A DNA stretch of 64,000 nt from Candidatus Micrarchaeota archaeon. Lineage in GTDB: Archaea; Micrarchaeota; Micrarchaeia; CABMEP01. The stretch spans positions 2,752-66,751 of the forward strand of contig CAYHPR010000004.1 in assembly GCA_964358895.1 (NCBI GenBank), written 5' to 3'. The notes under the pieces are model-generated. The model searched no databases. It was not told the DNA's origin and saw only the letters and a list, made by a program, of their open reading frames with translations. Made by a program: the position numbers and the translations under genes. Of this stretch, positions 56,357 through 64,000 are shown one piece after another; the stretch's first letter is position 1, and each line of letters starts with the position of its first letter.

Positions 56357-58927
56357 TTAAGCTTGAGCATATTTGCTATAGAAGTAATGCTTAGCGGTTT
56401 CAACCAATGCAACGTAGACAATAACTATTACTCCTACAGCCGTCAAAAATGACAAAGAAGGTGGAGTAAACTCAAACAATGAGGCAAACGGACTAAACGG
56501 CAAAAGAACTGCGATTGTAAGTGCGAGTAATGAAGTAGCAACAAGCAACGTACCTGGACGACTTTGTAAGAATGGTCTTCTAGTTCTTATGATGAAGATT
56601 ACAAAAATCTCTGTCGCAAGCGACTCGATAAACCACCCTGTTCTAAATAGTGCAGGTGTTGCATTAAGCAAAAACAGAAGAATGCCGAAAGTAAGGAAAT
56701 CGAAAATTGAGCTTATTGCTCCGAAGAACACCATAAAACGACTGATAAATTTAATGTCCCACCGCTTTGGCTTCTTGATGTACTCCTCATCAACATTATC
56801 GGTATGGATTGTGAGCTCAGAAAGGTCATAAATAAGATTAGTCAAAAGAATCTGGACAGGCAGCATCGGCAGGAACGGTAGGAAAATAGATGCACCTGCA
56901 ACGCTGAACATGTTACCGAAATTGGAGCTTATGGCCATCAGAACGTATTTCATTGTATTTCCGAATATTTTCCTTCCTTCCACGATTCCTTCGCTCAAAA
57001 CCGTCAAGCTCTTTTTAAGCAATACTATATCGGACGCTTCTTTAGCAACATCAACGCCACCGTCCACAGATATTCCGACATCCGCAGCATGCATTGAGGG
57101 CGCATCATTAATTCCATCGCCGAGAAATCCGACGATATGTCCGTTCTCTCGTAACGCATTTATTACCAAAACTTTTTGCTCAGGAGTTATCCTTGCAAAA
57201 ATATTATTTTTTTCAACTAATTCCTTAAGCTTCTTTGGCCCCATTTTTACCAATTGCGGGCCGGTGATAATGCCTTTGATATGTAGACCGATCTCTTGAC
57301 TGATGCTCTCAGCCACATATTCGTTGTCACCCGTTAGTATCTTTAGATCAACACCTAAAGATTTCAACAGAGGAATTGAAGTCTTGGCAGAATGTTTTGG
57401 CGGATCAAAGAATACAAGATAACCGATCATTGTCAGGCCCCGCTCATCCTTGAAGGAATACTCCTTCTTACGCTCAGTTTCCTTTACAGCAACAACAATT
57501 ACACGATTTCCCTTAGATGAAAGATTAACAAACTCTTTTGACAATTTTTTGACGTATCTCTTAGCATCAATAAGCTTACCGTCTACCCTCACATTCTTGC
57601 AGGCACTCAGCATTTCGATCGGAGCGCCCTTAACAACCATGAGATTTCGCTTTCCGATTTTGTAAACCATTGACATTCGTCTTCTTTCATAATCAAAAGG
57701 AAGCTCTGCAACCCGTTTATGAATTTCATTAACAGAAACGTTTGTACTTATCGCATGCCTTGTTATTGCAACATCTATCGGATGACCGGATACTTTATTT
57801 TTGTGAATTAATGTATGGCTACTCATCAATGCATACATCAGAACCGATTTGTCCTCTTCCCCGTTAACATTCGAATGCTTGACTAACGTAATCTCGCCTT
57901 CAGTCAACGTACCGGTTTTATCAGAACATAATGTATCCATATTACCAAAATCTTCGACAGCAACCATCCTCTTGACGATTACTCCTTTTTTCAGCATCCG
58001 TGTGGCACCGTTCGACAGATTTATTGTAACTATTGCAGGTAAAAGTTCCGGGGTAAGGCCTACTGCTATCGCCAAAGAGAAAAGCAATGCATCGAGATAA
58101 TTCGCCTTCAAAAATCCGTTAGCGATAAAGATAAAGACTGCAAGAATTACTGTAACTTTTATAAGCAGATTTCCGAAGTCAGTAAGTCCTTTCTGAAAAT
58201 CCGTCTGTGGCCTCTCCTGCATAATATCAAGAGATATTTTTCCGAACTCTGTTCGGGTTCCAGTTTCGAAAACAACTCCAATGCCGGATCCATGCTTAAC
58301 TGTGGTTCCCATGAATGCACAATTTTTCAACTGAGAAATGACTGGACTTTTGAAAGACAGTGAAGAAAAAATTTTATGGATCGGATAATACTCTCCGGTA
58401 AGCGCAGCTTCATCAATTTCTAAATTTTTAGCATCTATCAGCCGCAAATCTGCAGGAACCACGTCACCGCCTGAAAGTACTACCACATCTCCGGGGACCA
58501 GCTCCTTCACATCAGTAATTATTTCTATGCCATCCCTGAAAACTTTTGCTTCGTATGTGATCTTACCTAACAGATCCTCAATTGTTTTTTCGGCTTTATA
58601 CTCATTATAGAAACCAAGTATAGCGCTTAGCAAAACAATCAGAATGATTATTACGGCGTTAATTTGGCTTTCGAATAGAAAAGCGACTGCAGCTGTAATA
58701 AGAAGGATAAGGATTAATGGCGATTTGAACTGAGTATATAAAACTGAGATAGGACTAGCCTTTTTCCTAACAAACTCGTTTCGGCCGTAAACCTTTTGTC
58801 TTTCTCTGACCTCTGAAGCTGAGAGGCCGCGTTTCGATGTCTTAAGGTGCGTTAAAACATCTTGTTCTGATAATGGCCAGATCTCGTCTCTAGTCTCCTT
58901 TCCCTTCAGCCCATTAACGTGATCCAT
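56357..58927 (-). CDS. P-type cation-transporting ATPase (MgtA-like)
   Basis: DKTGTLT phosphorylation motif, TGDN, GDGINDAPSM (GDGxNDxP), and N-terminal LSASEVRERQKVYGRNEF. 856 aa with about 10 TM helices. Confidence 0.8.
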   Translation of the reverse strand: MDHVNGLKGKETRDEIWPLSEQDVLTHLKTSKRGLSASEVRERQKVYGRNEFVRKKASPISVLYTQFKSPLILILLITAAVAFLFESQINAVIIILIVLLSAILGFYNEYKAEKTIEDLLGKITYEAKVFRDGIEIITDVKELVPGDVVVLSGGDVVPADLRLIDAKNLEIDEAALTGEYYPIHKIFSSLSFKSPVISQLKNCAFMGTTVKHGSGIGVVFETGTRTEFGKISLDIMQERPQTDFQKGLTDFGNLLIKVTVILAVFIFIANGFLKANYLDALLFSLAIAVGLTPELLPAIVTINLSNGATRMLKKGVIVKRMVAVEDFGNMDTLCSDKTGTLTEGEITLVKHSNVNGEEDKSVLMYALMSSHTLIHKNKVSGHPIDVAITRHAISTNVSVNEIHKRVAELPFDYERRRMSMVYKIGKRNLMVVKGAPIEMLSACKNVRVDGKLIDAKRYVKKLSKEFVNLSSKGNRVIVVAVKETERKKEYSFKDERGLTMIGYLVFFDPPKHSAKTSIPLLKSLGVDLKILTGDNEYVAESISQEIGLHIKGIITGPQLVKMGPKKLKELVEKNNIFARITPEQKVLVINALRENGHIVGFLGDGINDAPSMHAADVGISVDGGVDVAKEASDIVLLKKSLTVLSEGIVEGRKIFGNTMKYVLMAISSNFGNMFSVAGASIFLPFLPMLPVQILLTNLIYDLSELTIHTDNVDEEYIKKPKRWDIKFISRFMVFFGAISSIFDFLTFGILLFLLNATPALFRTGWFIESLATEIFVIFIIRTRRPFLQSRPGTLLVATSLLALTIAVLLPFSPFASLFEFTPPSLSFLTAVGVIVIVYVALVETAKHYFYSKYAQA

Positions 58928-59022
58928 AACGGGTGTTGCACTTAAACGTTTTAAACCACTGCTTATCTACTCAACGAAAGTTTGCCTGTACGTACTAAAA
59001 TTTATAAGGAGCATATAGATAC

Positions 59023-60120
59023 ATGGCAGAGGCAGACATAAACGGAACTATAGAAAAGATAGAAGAACTCAGATACTTAGTCAGTGAAAAAACTTATGAG
59101 TTACTCAGAAAGAAAAAAAGAAAAGAAGAGTCGAGTGGATTGGAAGTTGAAGTAGAAGGTCTGAAAAAGGAAATGAATGAAAAACTAAATTCCGTAACAG
59201 CAGTAGGACTCACGTACTTGCTGTTCAATAAAAAAACAATTGACGACTTGAGAGCATCATTCTTATCCTTACCAATTGCAGAAAAAGGCAGGGCGTTGGA
59301 AGGGACAGGTGAAGGAAAAGAGGTAATCGATAAGTTGAATGCACTTTTGAGGCATAATTATGAACATAGAAACGAGATAGCCACAATTACTACGATGCTA
59401 CCTAAAATTCTAGACGAAGAAGATAAAAGAAAGAGGTTAGGATCTTTGTTCGAAGGATATGAAACCTTCTTTCTTGCAAATATGGACAGATCGACAAATG
59501 GAGTAGATACGTTTGTAAACGCTGTAAATTTCTTAGGATTTTTCTCTAAGCTAGAATCGGATCTGATTTTTGTTGCGAGAAACAGAATGTTTCATACATT
59601 TTCATTCATTCAGAACAGCAATAGTCCGAAAAGAGTTGAACTGATAGAATTATTCGAATTAGTAACTGAAAAATTGCAAGGAAACCAAACAGTTGAAGTA
59701 AGTGCAGCATCAGAATATTCTGAAGAGGATATCACTAGAAAAATAAATGCGATAGTAAAAAGCCCGAAGATGCAACGGTGGGTTCTTAATACGTTTAAGG
59801 ATGAAAAAGAAAGAGAAGATTATGCCAAATATCAGACTATCCTCACGACACTTATAAGACTAAAAAGAAGGATTGGTACTGTGAAACAAGCTGTGGCAAC
59901 AAGAGCTGCACGGTTATGGTTTAACAATGAGAGAGTAAATTGTTTTTTAGAAACGATCAAACCGAACATGACAGAGGGAACAATTAAAATGAAACAAGAA
60001 GGGCTGCTTAACATTGGAAAAAATATTAAGTTAATAAATGTCGACATTGAAAATAAAATAAGATTTACAGAACAAGACCTTCCACAACAAAATTTAAGTG
60101 TAATTTTCTCTTTCATTTAG
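59023..60120 (+). CDS. Hypothetical protein (365 aa)
   Basis: Long ORF with no recognisable motifs. Confidence 0.4.
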   Translation: MAEADINGTIEKIEELRYLVSEKTYELLRKKKRKEESSGLEVEVEGLKKEMNEKLNSVTAVGLTYLLFNKKTIDDLRASFLSLPIAEKGRALEGTGEGKEVIDKLNALLRHNYEHRNEIATITTMLPKILDEEDKRKRLGSLFEGYETFFLANMDRSTNGVDTFVNAVNFLGFFSKLESDLIFVARNRMFHTFSFIQNSNSPKRVELIELFELVTEKLQGNQTVEVSAASEYSEEDITRKINAIVKSPKMQRWVLNTFKDEKEREDYAKYQTILTTLIRLKRRIGTVKQAVATRAARLWFNNERVNCFLETIKPNMTEGTIKMKQEGLLNIGKNIKLINVDIENKIRFTEQDLPQQNLSVIFSFI

Positions 60121-60143
60121 ATAGTTAATTAAATCGAAGTTCC

Positions 60144-60632
60144 TCATCTTTCAGATTTTAAAGATAATTGTCTTTCAATTTCATTCAACTTATTTGCCAA
60201 TTTTTCAAGATCCCTGCGCGTGGACGCCACTTCTGCAGAAAGTGCATTCCTAAACTGCTTAGGCTGTTTATTAGACTGCTCTTTAAGTTCTGTCAATTTT
60301 TCTAGAATTTTTTCAATATTCTTTTTAGAAGCACTTAAGTCAAAAATAATTGCCTGATAAAAAACTCTATCAGAAACGGAAGGTGTGATTGGTGTGATGG
60401 ACGTGGCGCCCTCCTGAAAGGAACCCATCTGAAATTCTTTTATCTTTTCTGCCTGTGAAGTCTCTTTCACAACTCTTCTAACGAGCTTTTTGAGTGCAGG
60501 AAGAGACATTGGCTTTTCTTCGCTTTTCTTGTATAGTTCCTCTCTTAATATCACTAGCTTATCTTTATTCACTCTGGTTGTTTTCCACTTAGTTAAAAGA
60601 GATAGAATCATCCGTTTTTTTTCATCATCCAT
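60144..60632 (-). CDS. Hypothetical coiled-coil protein
   Basis: Charged, helical 162 aa. No motifs. Confidence 0.35.
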   Translation of the reverse strand: MDDEKKRMILSLLTKWKTTRVNKDKLVILREELYKKSEEKPMSLPALKKLVRRVVKETSQAEKIKEFQMGSFQEGATSITPITPSVSDRVFYQAIIFDLSASKKNIEKILEKLTELKEQSNKQPKQFRNALSAEVASTRRDLEKLANKLNEIERQLSLKSER

Positions 60633-60702
60633 AGTCGCACCAAATCTAGAATAGTACTAAAGATCATTTATGTCAAAAGGATTTATAAACCTAATAAGGC
60701 CC

Positions 60703-61452
60703 TCAGACCTGAGAATACCTTGCAGAAATAAGAGATAAAAATTTAGCTGTCTTAGCCTTGCCTAAGACCTTTTCCAACTCTTTAGGATCTGCATTGAAAA
60801 CTGCGTTCAGATTCTTGAAGTTGGCCAGTAGTTTTTTTGCCATAACGGGACCAATGTCTGGAAATGATTCTAATACCCTCAGCTGCTGATGCTCTAGCGA
60901 ATGGGCTTTTCTCTTGTCTAACAGACGAATTGGTCTTCTTTCAGCAATTTGTTCTCGTTTGGCAAGTGCATAAATCAGCTTAGCTGTTTCCTCTTCATTA
61001 CTGCTATAGAGAACTTGAATTCCAAAATCAATGACAAGTGCCACTAAGGCACCTCTAAATGCATTCTCATGAATCCGCTCAATTCTTCGCTCTCCCTCAA
61101 GGATCATAACAGGCGTCTCGTACGGTTCCATTCGCATAGCCTGATCAAATAGGCGACCATCGATTACGGATGCTTCAAAGTCTGAAACAGTTTTCCTCTC
61201 AATGACAAGCCTGTCAGAAACAAGAAAATCTCCTACTTCCATCTGTCTCTCCGTAACGGCCGCACCCATCTCAGTTAGGATATCTGCAATAAAGGGATTC
61301 TCTCGAATATCTGCAAATATTTCTATCTGCTTATCCTTATTCTTGCCTTTTTCTTTATCGGAAAATTCGGCAATTCTTGACTGCATGTCCAACACAAGTA
61401 GTTTGTGCTTATAAATTTTTACTGAGGTTATTATTTGTGTTAAAACATTCAT
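60703..61452 (-). CDS. xpf: Short XPF/Mus81-family ERCC4 nuclease with C-terminal (HhH)2
   Basis: ERCC4 motif GDFLVSDRLVIERKTVSDF (GDFxx...ERKxxxD). C-terminal HhH2 LRVLESFPDIGPVMAKKLLANFKNLNAVFNADPKELEKVLG. Lacks the helicase domain (short archaeal form). Confidence 0.75.
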   Translation of the reverse strand: MNVLTQIITSVKIYKHKLLVLDMQSRIAEFSDKEKGKNKDKQIEIFADIRENPFIADILTEMGAAVTERQMEVGDFLVSDRLVIERKTVSDFEASVIDGRLFDQAMRMEPYETPVMILEGERRIERIHENAFRGALVALVIDFGIQVLYSSNEEETAKLIYALAKREQIAERRPIRLLDKRKAHSLEHQQLRVLESFPDIGPVMAKKLLANFKNLNAVFNADPKELEKVLGKAKTAKFLSLISARYSQV

Positions 61453-62528
61453 GGAAAACTAAACTGAGAGATACCTCTTTGGCTCTTGCAATTGGAATAG
61501 CTACTTCGTTAACCTTCAACAGAATTAATGTAAAAGCCTCAACATTAGATGAATATGGTTATTTAGGAATAGAGGAGATTATGTATAGAGATAATAGCTC
61601 ATTGCAGAATAGCTCATTGCAGTCTAGTTCTTTATATGAAATTCCTCCAATAATAAATGAAAAGAATGCGATCACAATATATGTTTCAGCAGGACACGGA
61701 TATTATTTAAGTAAAAACGATGCCGAGGGATATGTAAACAGAGAAATTGAATTGTTAAAGAAAGAAGGAAAACTGACGAAAGGCAGAGAAAGAGAACTAA
61801 AGAAAATCAAAAAGGAATTGCTTACAAGATACGGACAGCTTACTCCTCAAGGTCTGTTCAAAAAAGGAGTAGAAGGTTACTCACTAGGCACCCAGTATCA
61901 TACCAATGTTGGGAAAATTATTCACTACACAGAAAATGGGAGCATCATTAGCTATCGAGATGTAATAACTGAAGAGGAATTCGTTCTTCCTGCTGCAAAA
62001 GCACTTGCATATGAATTAACACAAAGAGGATTTAGCGTAATAAATCGTAGGAATATGGTTCTTGACAAAAGCCAGATAAGAGCAGATGTCGCACATGATG
62101 CGAATGGAAAAAAAGCAGACTTGTTTATAGAGCTGCATGCGAATGATCCGGGAGCGCATGGAACAAGAGCGTATATCTGTCCAGTTGCAGATAAAAAAAT
62201 AGAAAAAATAGCACGGGAGATAACTAGATCCATAAAACAAATTGCCGGGTCTAAAAACAATAAAACCATAAGACGACAATTGGCAGTATTACAAAAAACA
62301 GAAATGCCTGCAGTTGTATTTGAGATAGGATCATTGAAGGAATTAAAAAATAATTTATGGAATAAAACGGACTGGCCTGTTGAGTTTGCAAAACAGGTAG
62401 CTGACAAAATAGACAATCCCGAAGTTATAGATTATTTAAAATCTACTAAACAGCAAAGAGCGCTGGAATTTTTGAAAACAAATGGAAGGATACCTGGATT
62501 AATAAACACAAATCAGGATAGAAAATAA
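61377..62528 (+). CDS. N-acetylmuramoyl-L-alanine amidase-like (Amidase_3 family) secreted protein
   Basis: C-terminal Amidase_3 signatures ADLFIELHANDPGAHGTRAYIC and PAVVFEIGSLKE (compare DLFISIHANA... and xLIEMGFLSN). Signal-like N-terminus (KLRDTSLALAIGIATSLTF). The track start overlaps the xpf start; a GTG at about 61434 is a likelier start. Confidence 0.6.
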   Translation: MTACPTQVVCAYKFLLRLLFVLKHSWKTKLRDTSLALAIGIATSLTFNRINVKASTLDEYGYLGIEEIMYRDNSSLQNSSLQSSSLYEIPPIINEKNAITIYVSAGHGYYLSKNDAEGYVNREIELLKKEGKLTKGRERELKKIKKELLTRYGQLTPQGLFKKGVEGYSLGTQYHTNVGKIIHYTENGSIISYRDVITEEEFVLPAAKALAYELTQRGFSVINRRNMVLDKSQIRADVAHDANGKKADLFIELHANDPGAHGTRAYICPVADKKIEKIAREITRSIKQIAGSKNNKTIRRQLAVLQKTEMPAVVFEIGSLKELKNNLWNKTDWPVEFAKQVADKIDNPEVIDYLKSTKQQRALEFLKTNGRIPGLINTNQDRK

Positions 62529-62533
62529 GTATA

Positions 62534-63253
62534 TTATATTCTTGCAAGCTCTTTTATTTCGTCAAAACCAACTGCACATCCATTAAACTTGATTGCGTAG
62601 AGTGCTGATTCATATGCCTTTTGTTCCAGATCTTTAAATTTTTTGAAGTATTTTGCCTCGTAAGCAAGAGCAACAATCTCTGAGGATCGGATAACGTGAA
62701 TATTTTGTGTTAGGCTTTGAAATTCATTTAACAGTTTTGTATTAACATTAAGTTTTATCCTGAATTCATTCTCCAAGTGTTTCTTTGTCTCCATCGGAGC
62801 TTCCATAATCGTACGAGTTGTCCGCTCGTCCATAACTAAAGTTTTAAGGTCGTTATCAACAGCTGCGGCTAAAATTTCTGCTTCTCCTTTATCAACTAAA
62901 TGAAATGGTTTATTGGTGTAAAATAAGTTATTGGTAAGATAAAGAATTCTGTCAACTGTCTGCTGTTTGAAGCTTATAACCGTAAACACTCCTGTATCAA
63001 GAGCTCTCTGTATTCTGACAGCTGAAAAAGAATATTTTGGTACCGTGATAGGATAAGTTATTGATTCGTCAATAATTCCTTGAGTTATTAGAAGCTGACC
63101 TTTCATTTTCTGCTTCAGAGCAATCAAAGCACCAAGGAGTCCTGCATCTGTCAAGGCTATGAGTGATGAAGAATCGCATAAGATGGAATCAGGGTGCACC
63201 GATTGCACAATTGGCAATTTACCTGAGGATTTACTTAAGGATTTTTCTTGCAT
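62534..63253 (-). CDS. Hypothetical protein with possible PIN-like nuclease fold
   Basis: Acidic residues spaced as in PIN domains: ILCDSSSLIAL (D1), DKGEAEILAAAV (E), LVMDERT (D). Weak. Confidence 0.3.
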   Translation of the reverse strand: MQEKSLSKSSGKLPIVQSVHPDSILCDSSSLIALTDAGLLGALIALKQKMKGQLLITQGIIDESITYPITVPKYSFSAVRIQRALDTGVFTVISFKQQTVDRILYLTNNLFYTNKPFHLVDKGEAEILAAAVDNDLKTLVMDERTTRTIMEAPMETKKHLENEFRIKLNVNTKLLNEFQSLTQNIHVIRSSEIVALAYEAKYFKKFKDLEQKAYESALYAIKFNGCAVGFDEIKELARI

Positions 63254-63776
63254 ATTTTAGTCTCTCATCAACAGATATCGATTTCCCAAATCGATCAGCC
63301 ATAACTGTCTTTCCACTATATTCAAGAACCTCATGCTTTTGTGCACCAGTAAGTGACACTGCTCTTGCCAAAGACAGACCTTGTGCATAAAGAAGAGCTG
63401 CAATTTTTGTCCTTCCTTTTTCAACAATATTGTAAACAAACCTAGGATCCTTTTTCTCCAGTATTCCGACCGCACTAAGTGCACTCTCTAAACTTTGCTG
63501 TGCTTCTTTTAGTCTATTCTTTCTTACTTGTTCCTCAGATTTAGCAAAGTAATGCAAAACTTTTGCAAAAAGTTGGGGAGTTCTATATCTTGGTTTTTGA
63601 ATCAACTTTGCAAGAACATAAGAGAGAAGTGCAAGTGTAAAATGAATGGGTTGTTCATCAACTGCTAGTTTAGAGGTGCACAGTGAAGTTACTTCGCGAA
63701 GATCACGCGCATTCTTACTTCCTATGCCCTTCCTGCATCTTGCCATGCAGTCAAGAGTAAAATCTGACATAGACAT
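63231..63776 (-). CDS. Hypothetical protein (181 aa), overlaps downstream gene start by 23 nt
   Basis: Helical, K/R-rich. No motifs identified. Confidence 0.3.
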   Translation of the reverse strand: MSMSDFTLDCMARCRKGIGSKNARDLREVTSLCTSKLAVDEQPIHFTLALLSYVLAKLIQKPRYRTPQLFAKVLHYFAKSEEQVRKNRLKEAQQSLESALSAVGILEKKDPRFVYNIVEKGRTKIAALLYAQGLSLARAVSLTGAQKHEVLEYSGKTVMADRFGKSISVDERLKYARKILK

Positions 63777-63883
63777 ATTTATTCAAAAGAAAGAAAAAGG
63801 TTAGTTTATCCAAGAATAGGGTTATTCTAGAAAAGTTTATATGTCCTGAAAACGATAAAATTATGTGCAAATAACAAAAAAAA

Positions 63884-64000
63884 TGCAAAAACTATTGGCT
63901 AAAACAACCGTGATCGGATTAACTACTTCCCTTCTATTTGTTGGAGGATTTGCTGGAAAGGCACATTCCTCAGAGATCGAGCCTATCGAAGAAGAGCCGA
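63884..64000 (+). CDS. Partial (5' end only) secreted protein
   Basis: ATG at 63884, then MQKLLAKTTVIGLTTSLLFVGGFAGKAHSSEIEPIEEEP (signal peptide). Runs off the window end. Confidence 0.3.

Overview
This is an AT-rich, gene-dense archaeal chromosomal segment; small reduced proteins suggest a DPANN-like lineage, but that is inferred from content only. Archaeal hallmarks present: DNA polymerase D small and large subunits (the large subunit carries a LAGLIDADG intein inside its catalytic motif), aRF1, thermosome, an archaeal histone, Nop5, ribosomal proteins S3Ae and S15P, archaeal-type GlyRS, Elp3, apgM, short XPF, RFC and DinB. Other recognisable genes are secF/secD, an intron-containing tRNA-Arg(TCT), ValRS-like, SerRS, UMP kinase, HIT, HAD, peroxiredoxin, and a TM-only MgtE beside a P-type ATPase. 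An accessory-looking island of about 18 kb (roughly 29.1-47.7 kb) encodes a membrane-anchored cyclophilin, two large, likely N-glycosylated surface (S-layer-like) proteins, two paralogous GT2 glycosyltransferases, a large polytopic membrane protein, an unusual membrane-embedded tandem-AAA Cdc48-like ATPase, and two paralogous small secreted proteins. No CRISPR array, no rRNA and no obvious defence system were seen. Most notable observations: a tRNA-Arg with two introns that share a duplicated hairpin module, an aRF1 whose GGQ motif reads GGS, a membrane-integrated double-AAA ATPase, the DP2 intein, a peptidoglycan-type amidase in an archaeon, and tandem palindromic operator-like sites upstream of the S-layer gene. 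The supplied ORF track uses alternative start codons and omits ORFs that run off the window edges; one large edge-truncated gene at 1..1610 (-) was recovered by manual frame scanning.
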